DNA from: Cyanophora paradoxa CCMP329
Taxonomy: Eukaryota; Plantae; Glaucophyta
Reading direction: 5' to 3'
Length of the DNA stretch: 36,364 bases
Assembly (NCBI GenBank): GCA_004431415.1
Contig: QPMI01000358.1
Span: 1 to 36,364 of the forward strand
A program made the position numbers and the translations under genes. Shown here in pieces: positions 21,501-31,971 of this stretch (the stretch's first letter is position 1; each line of letters begins with the position of its first letter). The notes beneath the pieces are model-generated. The model worked only from the letters and a program-made list of their open reading frames with translations, did no database searches and had not been told where the DNA came from.

Positions 21501-24500
21501 GCGCTCTCCCAATTCCAGCGAGTCGCAGCGGCGCAGCGCGTGTGCATTTTGATGAAGGTCGGACTGCAGCGCGAGCGTGAGTCAGACTCCGAAAGAACGT
21601 CGGTGCCAGCGCGTTGCGAGCCCCAACGCGCACGGCTCAGAAACGACGAAAACCACGATGGCGGACTCGGCAAAGGACATGGCAGGGTCGGTTCCGTTGT
21701 AGCCAAAAACGCGATTGGAAGAGAAATCGTCGAGCGTATGGGCGCCGAGGATGTTTGCTGTGGGTTCAAGAATCGTATTGTAAAGCGGAGTCTTTTCGGC
21801 AAGATTGGGAAGGTTCGCACCGGGAAAAGCTGCTATCATCACCGACCACGCAACGGTGCTCGAGGCGAGCGTGAAGGTTTGGGAGTCGACGCCGGTGAAG
21901 CGGAGCAGCTGGGAGGAGGGCGCCCGCTCGCTGCTCCTCGCCAGCCTCTTCTCCTTGACGAGCCGCGGCCTCGGGCCCTCCGCGGAGGCGAAGGCGAACG
22001 CCCGCGTCGTGTTCGGCTCGTGCACCTCGCGGACGACGAACAGCGCCCCGTCCTTGTACACCGCCGCCGCCACCTGCGAGCAACGTTGACATAAATATGG
22101 ATCGCATTGTTTCTTCTTTTGTGCGATATCCTCATCTTGCACGCACGGAAGGCCACGACGAGAGGGTCCCGGGGGCCCCGTACCCAATCGTGCCATCGAT
22201 GTCGCCCGCCATTCCGCTCTGATACGAGTTCCGCTTCCTGTGCACCGTGGCCATTTCATTTTGTAACCTCGCCTGTCGGCGACAAAAAAGGCACGTGCAT
22301 TCGCGCTCTCACCTGATTCGAACGATCTGATCCCCGGTGATGTAAAACGCGAACTTGCCCCCAGGAGGGTCGACCCATCGGCCCTCCAGATACTACGATC
22401 GTGGCGCGAAATCGCAGTGAGCGAGAAGGCCTTTGAGACGCGCCGGCCGCCGATCGCACCCCGTTCCCGGGCCCCCCGTTGAGGGGCCGCTCGTTCATCA
22501 CGATCCACGCGTCGGAGAGCGGAATGCTGTCCGTGCGGAGGACGCGGGGCGGGCCGTGGACGATCACGCCGGTGCGGTACGTTTCGATGACGGGGGCGCC
22601 CGGCTTGAAGGCGCGTGCGGGCACGGGCCGCGTCTCGAAGCTCGAAGCGTTCACGGACCTTTCCAGCTCATGGTCAGATCTAGAATCCGAAGGTGCGAAG
22701 CAACAGAAATCGGAGCAAATTAAATCGAAAGCGAACCACGTGAGCACGGCGGTCACGTATGTCACGTTGTGGCCCCGGCACACGACGCCGCCGACGAGGG
22801 ACGTTGGGCAGGCCGCACTGGAGGGCGAAGAAGGGAAGAAGGGGAGGCGGGCGATCGCGTGGTACAGGAGGGGGCCGCCCCGCTCCACCCGCCCATCTAC
22901 GTGCATGGCTTGAATCGACGCCGACGGGGGGTACAGATCGGCAAATGCCGCTGTCGCATCCGTCGGCCAGCTGCGCACGGGCGTTCAAGTGCCGCGGCAT
23001 CAGCTGCAGGCGGGCGTGCGGCGGCGGCGCGGGCTCTCTAGAAGAACAATTGAATGAACGGGGCCGCACATGAGCTTCCTGTATATAGAGTCGGCCACGT
23101 GCGCGTGGCCGGCGGGGGCAAGGGAGGCGAGGTCGAATGCGAGGAGGCCGACGCCGGTGGCAACAGAGCACGACTGCGGCGGTCGAGCTCAAAACGAAGC
23201 AGAGAGGCACGTATCAAGCATCTCGAATTCGTGGCGCGCCTTGATGAGCGGCAAAACCGCGACCGGCGAGGCTGTGTGGCGAGTAAGGATAATAAACCTA
23301 AATTCAATCTAATCTGGGATATATAGCATGCAGAAAGCGCACTCTGGGCAAACGACGCAAAGAAAGCCACCCCGCGCCCTCCGAAAGCGAACAACTGCGC
23401 GCGCATGCGGGCTCACGATCACGATCATGCAGATATAAATTGAATCGGACAGAGAAAAAACTCGAATAAAGCAGCTTGATTTGAAGAGCAGAAGTACAGA
23501 CAAATGATGATAGAACGCACGCGCTGGTCCTGGAGGAGAAGCGACTCGCTCGGCGCGCCGTAGGCCCTCTGCACATCAGCCGCTGTCTGTTCGCCCTCGA
23601 AGGTCCTTCCCACTGAATCCGGCTCCGCGTCGTAGAAGTCCAAGCAGTTCATCATGCTGAACAGGTTCTGCTGCCCGATCGCGTCGGCTGCGACGGAGGC
23701 GGCCTCTTCGAATTCCGACGACGCAGCGAAATTGAGCAGGTCGGTCTGCGCATGTGCGTGGACAAGCGAAGCCTAAGGGATTCACAAAAATACGGAGGAG
23801 GCGATCGCGCGCTGACATGTACTCGATAGAATCGCTCCTTGTATCTGTCGATCTCCAGGTTGCTGCCCTCGGGCTGCAGAGACGTTAAATCCGAAATATG
23901 TAAAGCGTAGCTATAGGTGGTCAGAGGTAGGGTCCGGCGGGCCGGCTCTACAAAAGGACAGCCCGCGGCTGGTGCCTTTCCCGCGGAAATGCGAGGGGGG
24001 TTCCGGGGTCGTGGGTTTGGGTGATGGCGGGGCCGGGGCCATATTTTCTAGCTAGCGGTTCGCGAGGGCCAGTAGCGGTTCGTACAGTATCTAGCTGCGC
24101 GTACAGGCACTGCAGTGCTCACCGAGGGCCGAAACACCTGCAGAGTTCCCAGCATTGACGCCCAGCGCCGCCTGCGTGGCAGGTTGAGCTCGAGGCTGTA
24201 CGTGCACATGGTTTCATGCACGCAAGGCACTGCTCTTACTCTTCCGTTGGCTGTGCAGAAAGCAGGCCGGACACCTAGTCGCAAGGCGAAAAGGAGAACC
24301 ACGGACGCCCGCGTAAGCGCCGGCGACATCCGCGCGAACGGCAAGGGACAGTCCGCTCGCACCGACTCGTAGAAGTAGCGCTCGTACAGGGCACGGTAGT
24401 GGCGGAAATCGTGCGTAAAATTGGAGGCAAATGCCATGAACGCGAACGGGTCCGCAGAAGGACACGTGTCGTGCGGCCACGGCCGAAGGGCGCCCAGAGG

Positions 24501-27500
24501 CCCGGGATCGCAGCCGCTGTAGACGTAGTTGACCAGGCGCTGGGCTCCGTAGGCGACGCAGCCGCTGCCCTCACAGCTCTCGGGCCGTCGAAGGACGGAG
24601 CTCGCAGGGCCGATCAGGTGAGCAAGCCCAAGGCTCGTGTAATTATCCGCCCACTTCCAGTCGCTCTGCATAGCGTGAGTTCGTGAGAGGCGAAGAACAC
24701 GTAACCGCTAACTGTTATATAATTACCGCGTAGGCCGATAAATCGCTTGGCGGGGAGCGATTGTCAGGATCCTACGATATCGATGGGATGCGTTAGACGT
24801 GAAATAAATATAAGGGTTGCATTCGCTCCGCGCACGACTGCGGGAAAGGGGGAAATTGCAGAGAAGGCGAAATCGACGGGGCGAGATGGGCCGAGAGAAG
24901 ACCCGCCAGGCTTCGCGATCGGAGGACGGACGGAACTCGAAGTGAGCGAGCGAAGGCCTTTGGCGCCAGCAAAGACGTTCCGCAGGGGCCGCGAGCGAGC
25001 GCACCTCGGACAAGGCTCGGGTGAGCAGGCAGACGGAGGCTTCCGCGTCGTAGTCGCAGTACACGTACTCCTTCGATGAAAATGATCGAGATTAACCAAA
25101 GATCAGTTTTTGCGAATAAATTAAAAGCTGAATCGAAAGAGATAAAGAAACACTGCAAAGCGCACCTCCCCTGCAAGGAGCAGGACTGCGAAGCGGATTG
25201 CCGCTGAACGGCGGCCCACGGGATGCGAGGGAAGCGGCGCCGCAAAGGCGATGCGAATGCGATCGCGGGACTTGAATTCGAGAGCCACCTGGAAAAAAGC
25301 ATTCCGAAGTCCAGAATCCCCCGACGGAAACAACGCTGCGTGCAGATTTCGATCATGAATATATTTTTCGAGCCCTTGTATCCTCAAGAAGCAGCGAGAC
25401 ACACCGGACTGCGAGGCGGCCGCCGGCCCCTCCGGAATTGTGACATTCTTCGCCGCCGAGGCCGGCGAGGCAGCGCCGAAGCTCGTCGTCGCGACGGCGA
25501 CGCACGACACTGCGTACGGGCCGCCATAGGACGGCGAGACCGACATGGGCAAGGTTGCGCTGCTCGCGTTTGCGTCGCTGACGGGTTTCGAGGTGCGGTA
25601 CTGAGAAGGGAGAGCTCCGTAAGCTGATTTGTGCGGAGATAACATGCGCAATGTCGAGGCGCATATGCGCACCGGACCGCCGAACCCGGAGCACAGCAGC
25701 TCGAGGGTAGAGATCGAATAACCGCGAGCAAAGCTCACGACCGCCTCGAGGCGGTTTGAGGCCGTAGCATCCGCAGAGAGTATGCTGGGCGGGCTGAGCG
25801 AGCTGGAGGCGGGGCTGCTGCACTCGAACGCTATGTCGCCGTCCACTGCGCCGTGCAGCTTGTAGCCAGAAATGTCTGTCGCCATCCTTGCAAATGTCTG
25901 CCCGAGCGAGAAGCGCGCTTCGGAGTTAGAGCCGCATCCGCGATCATGAGCGAGATACTGTGGATCGAAGGAAATTGAAAAACCCCCGCTGTGGTGCAGT
26001 CGTTCATCTGATACATAAGAAGCAACGTCCCCGAATGCAGAAAGCTGCCTAAAAAGGTATTTCCAGCTCTGATCTCGTCGTCCGGCGTGCCCCGCCAAAT
26101 CCTAAATTCAGATAGCACAGCGCCCATCAAATGCGGTTGTCCCTGCGTACTTCCCGTCAGTTTAATGGCAAGCACCATTAATATTGCCACTTTCTCTCGA
26201 TATCTTCAATTTGACTGTAGCTAGTGCAGCTGCGCACAGCCGCCCATCATAATCACGCACACGCACCAGCTCGTTTGGGCGCCCAATGTAGTTCGACCTG
26301 CGCACCACGTCCGGGATTGCCGGCACTGGCGTCGAGTCGACTTGACTTCCATTCAGGTAAGACGTAAAGTGGCTGAATCCACCGCTCTGAGCCTCCCAGC
26401 ACAGAATAACGTAATTCCACGCACCCCCCTGCCACGTTCAAATCGTGAATCGTGAATGAATCGTGAAAGAAAGCGGAGTGACGACTAAAAGTCTCCGCAC
26501 CTTAATGGATTTTGAATATTTATTGAAAGCAAAGAAATTCGTGACCTCCAGAGTGCCCTGGAATATCTGCACCCTGAGCGCATAGTTTCCCGCACCGATC
26601 GCCAACTGGGCGCCATGGCCAGAATGGAAAGCTCCGAATCAGACGGGCCTTCGAGATCCGACCGAGATCTAGAGTTGGGTGACACATAAAGAATGGGTGA
26701 ACGTACATCACACTGGCCCAATATCGGATCATATGGGCACAAGGAGATTACCTGTGTGCGAGGCGTTACCTCATGATCAATCGGCGAAACTGACCGTGAA
26801 ATTCTGATAAGAATATATATTTTGCCGCACGAAGCTATCGATGTTGAATTTTGTGAGTGTCGGAGGATTTCCAAAATCCAGGAGCCTCGCTCCGTCTGAT
26901 TGAGTCGCAAAAGGTCTTATCCTGCAAAGCGCGGATGTGTATTATAAGTATATAAATGGCCATCTGAAGCTAAAAAAAAGGAAGGCGTGAAGCACCAGAA
27001 CTCAACCACCAGGCTCGATGAGCTGCCCACAGTCAGGGCGGGCACCGAGATGGACGGAGGACCCTCATAGTTGAAAATTGCGCCTGATACAATTTTTCAC
27101 GTGTAACCGGCCGAGGATATATATGATTATAGTGCAAATTTAAAAAGAACATCAATGCCGACCGTAAGTTGGCGGCACGGGTGGTGGGCACCAGAGTTCA
27201 AGGTTCGGTGCAATGTCTGTGTGCCTTCCATTGCTGCGCATTGAACACGTACATGTACACGCTTCAGTTCGCGAATGGTCATGCATATGATGACATTGGG
27301 CGGATCACGTTCATGCACACGTTCCACTGCGCACCCGGACCGGTCTTTTAGACGGGTGCGCGTCGGCGTGTGGACGCAGTCCACCAGATCCATTGGCAGT
27401 TCGACCACGCGCGAGCCGGATGGGAGAAACTCCGACAAGCCAACATACGAATAAGAGATTTCGTCGCGGCTGAGCGCCCTGGACCACACACGGAAACCTG

Positions 27501-28776
27501 CTTGGTTTCAGTGCACGTGCCTCGGGCTCTGTGGAAAGAGGGCCGCGCGTTCACACCCGAGAATGTAGTCTGGGAAAGGGAGTTCTGGCCTCCGAGGGCG
27601 ACACCGAAATCATCGTCGGGATTCCCTCCCAGCCACGCCGTACTGAGCTTCGCTGAGAAGGACTCGGAAGCTCGCCACCCGGCAAGCTCGGTGGCGATGA
27701 AGGGCCCAGAGCGTATGTTGTTCAGAACTACCGTGATCTCCCCACCCGCAGCCCAAGCGATAGCCAAATGCTGCGAAGCGCGATCACGTGCACGATCGAA
27801 TGACAATATTAATGGGGGAAGTTGACAATTAAAAAGCATCGAAATAATTATTTAATAAAAACTAGATTACATTCCACTGGTCAAGGAGAACTCCGGCACG
27901 CCCAAGGAAGAGGACTTGCAACGCAGAGTTGTCCCCGCACATGCTGCATATCCATATCCAAGGCACATAGCCAGGAACAGGGTCTGTAGTGTCCAGAAAG
28001 TACCACCTTAAAACCCGCCCGGGCGTATCTTTCTTGCAGAGATCGTTATCCGGTGAACATAACAAGATGCGCTGCATCCGATGATCACCGACCGCGGTTT
28101 CAGGAAATGGTCCTTTTCAAGTTTGAAGGCAAGAAAAATCTCGACTCACAAAGTCATATCCACTTTCCGACTTTAGCTTGACAATGTGTCGTCCGATACT
28201 CTGGTCGAAGGACGGATGCACCCTGCGAAAGCATCGATATCGGCGCTTGAGCAAGAGCTCAAGCTTTAGGAAATTCGCAAGACTCTGAGATCTCTCTGGT
28301 AGTATAAATTTTCATCGTATAATTAATAATATCTCATCGATCAAGAGCATATGCATGTTTGCGCGCGCGAAAACGACGTGCCATAATTCTACAGTGAAGG
28401 GCGTCGAGAGTTCGGTGAGAGGAATATTCTGTGCGTCGTCCGGCCCATCGTGAAATCGCAGTCCTGCGAACAATATAAACGAATGATTGCGCGCATTACG
28501 TAACATGTACGGTATAGATACATATATGCTTGATTGCTCGAACTCACCGGTGCCGGGAAGGGGCGCAGCGTCCGCGAAGTAGGGGCCGCACACACGCCCC
28601 GTTTGCGCTGGCCACGGCGGCCATCCGAAGCCCGCGCAGGCGATCGCGACGAGGTATACGCAGCTGAGACTTCGGAGCCGGAATCGCCAACAGACCGCCG
28701 CGCTAGCGCTTGTCCGCCCCCGATCGCGAGCCACGCCTGTGGTACATCTGCCCTCCGTGGATGCAGCTGCACGCAT
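12576..28776 (-). CDS. Giant multi-exon membrane protein: N-terminal hydrophobic segment, two LamG/ConA-like domains, FN3-like and unassigned beta-rich region, long GCC2_GCC3/Ephrin_rec_like Cys-rich repeat stalk, then TM-loop-TM-ectodomain-TM C-terminal module
   Basis: All recognisable exons are on the minus strand in a consistent order. LSCVYLVAIACAG (signal-like). PFTVELW/VHP, QWN/HLAIAWAAGGEITVVLN, VWSRALSRDEI (LamG 1). SLVVEFW, LSEFRIWRG (LamG 2). SPPSILSADA...YAVSCVAVATTSFGAASPAS (FN3-like). Many C.PC..G.Y/F......C repeats at 15420-21050. TM FAILAGGVGVATLLAGLLLMCYI; TM GSVATLIGAGAILLA...; final TM SYLDTAADVAALVGGAFEAVGQLVVAYY; stop at 12576-12578. Not every junction could be traced, so the single-gene model and start codon are inferred. 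Confidence 0.65.
12648..12734 (-). repeat. Three coding ~30-bp tandem repeats (TVNIFLRPA / TVNVFIPRPA / SVNVFLPRPA) in the cytosolic tail
   Basis: tgcaggcctgggaagaaatacgttcacgga / tgcaggccttggaataaatacgttcacggt / tgccggccgtaggaatatattcactgt. Confidence 0.85.
15420..21050 (-). repeat. Coding array of Cys-rich GCC2_GCC3 / TNFR-like repeats
   Basis: Examples: CPAGTYEESPGLCTSCPLHTVAPLPGSQACTACAAG; CLPCLAGAYRAANMSACEPVPP; CVPCGAGTFRPQNASDCIPVPP; CRPCDAGQYQPRAGAPCTDCPSG; GTFAPEAGATVCKEC. Confidence 0.85.
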
Positions 28777-30067
28777 CTGCAGCGCTGCTGCGCATGCTGC
28801 AGCTTTTTCGAAGCTTAAGGAACCAGGGCGTCCACTGGTCGTAGAAATGCGCGTACAACTGTAGCTGTCACACGGCCGCGGAGCGCGCCTACGACCGGCA
28901 CCTGCGAGCCAAGTGCACGTGGGAGTACACGGGGAGCGCTCGGCTAAGCTGCAGCTGTCGTCCGCTGACGCCCGAACTCTGTGCATATCGTTGTCGCCTA
29001 TTAAAACGTTGCTGTCATGCGTACGTATACAGTCCTATGCACTAAAGCCAGCAAGCTTCGAGCTTCGCAAACTGAAAGCTTGCTGTCTGTCCCCGATTGC
29101 ACTGTCATGATCACAGTGTAAGCTGCACACGCATGCAACGTAACTTGCTTGTGCACGTTCGATAGCCTGCATCTACAGCGCTAGCTGCTGATAGGCCTGT
29201 AGCTAGCTATAGCTATATATCTAGTACAGGGCGGCCGCGGCGGTTAGCTCGTCGTAGAGTCGTACTACGGTAGGCATATGCATGCTACGGTCCGACGGCC
29301 GTGCGGTCACGGTAGACGAAGACTCGTCGCTCATGATCATGGGATCAGCCGCTGAGCCGCTCGCTATCATGATCATATGCTGCGTGCACGTGATATATAT
29401 ATCCGATCCGCGGGCCGCCGCCTGGCCGGGGCGCGGCCAGCCGGGCCGATATATGCAGCGACGATGTGCTGCCGCAGTGCCACGGTGCAGCCGCAGTGCT
29501 AGCGCTAGTCACGTTCACGCGTCCTACGTATACTGTACGTATATACGGCGCAATGGGCGCGTGCGCCGTGCGCCGCGCCGGCGCCGCAAATGCAGCGGGC
29601 GGCTGGCAGCCGGCTGCTGCTCCCCAGAGGGTGCCAGCCGCTGAGCTGCAGCTGCGCATGCAGTCTGGCCGTGCAGACGGTACCCCGGCCAGGAACCGCT
29701 ACGGTGGTAGCCCCCCAATATATTAGTGCGCCGCACAATAAGTTTTAATTAGCTTGCGATATATTTATAACCTTCCATATATAATAAAGTCAAATTGTAA
29801 TCAATTTAAACGTCCATGCGCGTACGTACGCGTGATTTTAATTAATCGATCATTTATAATAAATCAACCACCTCTGAAGAGACACAATCGGTACGTACAG
29901 CGTACCTTGTTGTTTTTCAAACCAAAGAAGAGAGGTACTCGAAGTGCAACCGGGGAAGGGGCGCAGAAGGGGTACGCGCGACTTGAGCCCTGCAGCGCTC
30001 AGTCCCAGTGAGCGCGGCGCTGTGCACGTGGCGAGTCCAGCTGGGTCCCGAGAGCGATGCCCGGGAC

Positions 30068-30073
30068 TATAAA
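30068..30073 (+). promoter_or_regulatory. Candidate TATA box of CBM20 gene copy B
   Basis: gactataaaggag about 80 nt upstream of ATG 30154; duplicate of 5777-5782. Confidence 0.45.
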
Positions 30074-30153
30074 GGAGCGAGAACGGCCAGGGGCCAGGCA
30101 TTCTAGCCTCAGCCGAGCAAGCAAGAACCGATCACTTGCAACGAGCGAGCAAG

Positions 30154-30809
30154 ATGATGCGCTGCCTTGCCCCCGAGGAGACGGAGAGCAGCCGGACGGT
30201 GCAAATGCATGGCAGCGAGGCTGGTATCGACAGTGAGATGTGCGTGCCGCTTGCGGCGGCCCTCGTGCACCAAGCGCTGACCGCGGGGGTGCGCAGGGAG
30301 CTGGCGCTGCGGGGGATGCAGGTGGTGGTGCCGGCGGGCCCGGCGATGCTGACGTTCAGCGTGCGGGAGCCGCTGCTGAACGCGGGCCAGCGGCTGCTCG
30401 TCGTGGGCGACTGCGTCGGTGCGTGAGCGCTCGGGGCGGGCGGCGGGGCGGCGGCTGAGGCGGCGCAGGCTCGTTCGACCCGGAGAGGGGCGTGGAGCTG
30501 GTGGCGGCGGGGACGGAGGACGGGGAGGCGGTGTGGCGGACGGAGCGGGCGGCGGTGGTGCTGGCGCCGGCGGCGGTGCGCTACGCGTACGTCGTCGTCG
30601 ACGCGGCGCACGCCCTCTTCGAGCCCGTCCAGCAGCGGTCCGCCCCGCCAGCCCCGCCCCGCGTCGCCCCGCCGCCCCGGGGCCGGCCGCCGACGGGGCG
30701 CGCGCAGGACGGTGGAGGTGGCCGGCGCCGGCTGCTGCGTGGCGGTGGCGGACCGCTGGCGCCGCGCGGGGCACCTCGCGGTGGCCGTCGGCCCCGCGCC
30801 CCGGCCCGA

Positions 30810-30840
<31 letters not shown>

Positions 30841-31225
30841 CCGGCGGAGGAGGCGGCGGAGGCGCAGCGGGCGGCGTACGCGTCGTGCTCGTCGGAGGGG
30901 GAGGGGGAGGGGGAGGCGGGCCTGCGGCGGAGTGCCTGTACGTGCGGCGGTTCGGCCTCGCGGACGGGAGCTCCCACTACCACCGCGCCCGCCGCTGCGC
31001 CGTCCTCGCCGCCGCCGCGACCCCGCCTTCGTGCGCCCACCCGCCCCCCGCCCGCCCCGCCGCCGCCGCTGACCACCCGGCGGCCGCGAAGGTCGCCGAG
31101 CACCGGCTCCTCCCGTGCCCAAGTGCTGCCCCGAGGCCCGCCCCGCCGCCCCGGCCCCGACCTGCGCCGCCGCCGCCCAGCGCGCCCGGAGCCCCGCGCC
31201 CCTCGCCCCGTTGGCCGCCGCGTAG
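30154..31225 (+). CDS. CBM20-like + Zn-ribbon protein, copy B (possibly degenerate)
   Basis: Same exons as copy A. Relative to A it has single-C deletions near 30920, 31008 and 31118, an altered last acceptor (gcgaag|gtc vs gcgcag|gtc) and a tandem duplication just after the stop. Confidence 0.55.
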
Positions 31226-31491
31226 CCCGCGCCCCTCGCCCCGTTGGCGCCCCGTTGGCCGCCGCGTAGCCACCGGCCGCGCCGATAAATGGCAGAGTGT
31301 ACTCTACACCGCGCGGAGGCGCAGGGCCCGCTGCCGCCCCCGCCCCGCCCCGCCCCAGACCGACCTGTACAGTTCCCCCGCAGTGCGTATACTCTTAAAG
31401 GCAAGTAGATAGATGTTTCACTTTCGATGTCTTCGACTCGATTCACAATAAATGCGCCTGTGCCCTCTCGCGTGCCGCCGGCAGCCCTTGG

Positions 31492-31677
31492 CTACAAGCT
31501 CCTCGCGTCGGCGAGGGGGAGCTCATACTGCCGGATCGGATGCGGATGATGGGCCCGAGCCCTGCGCGGCCGGTCGCGCCCGGGCGGAGGGCGCCGCGGC
31601 GGGGGCGGGGCGGGGCGGGGCGGGGCGGGCGGACCGACGCCCCACTCCTGGGTGAGGCCGAAGCCTTCGGAGCCCCA
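31492..31677 (-). pseudogene. Orphan 3' fragment (last intron and last exon) of the NAT8-like gene carried in the duplication
   Basis: Reverse strand reads GFGLTQEWGV|intron|GLGPIIRI-[extra ATCCG]-RQYELPLADARSL*. There are no upstream exons, and the 5-nt insertion shifts the frame. Confidence 0.85.
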
Positions 31678-31971
31678 CTAACAAGACCCCGGCCCCGGCC
31701 CCGCAACATTCCATTAAATTCCTTTCAAAAAGTTTTCGCACGTGTACTTCTAAAGCCCGCGGCCACCAGCCGTCACTTGATTTGAAATTTCAAAAGTTTG
31801 AATAAGCCTAGTAAGCTGCATAATGAACTACAAGTACATGCCGTCTGTAAGATGAACTTCGAATACGGACTGCATCTGTAAGCCGTACAGCTCATGAGCT
31901 GTCCATATAGCGGTACAAAGCAGGCGGGGCCGGGCGGGTGCAGGCGAGGCAACGGAAGGGGGCGGGGCGGG

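Larger units (their letters stand above)
29951..31677 (-). repeat. Right arm of the ~1.7 kb inverted segmental duplication (partner 4234-5911)
   Basis: Inverted near-identity to 4234-5911. The ORF track gives paired translations, e.g. 5426..5698(-) vs 30136..30426(+), and 4448..5863(+) vs 30109..31446(-). Confidence 0.95.

Noticed and set aside
4234-31677. Inverted arms as terminal inverted repeats of a large DNA transposon (Polinton, Mutator or pack element)
   Set aside because: The arms are ordinary host gene sequence cut in the middle of the NAT gene. No transposase, integrase, polB or capsid gene and no TSD are seen between or around them.
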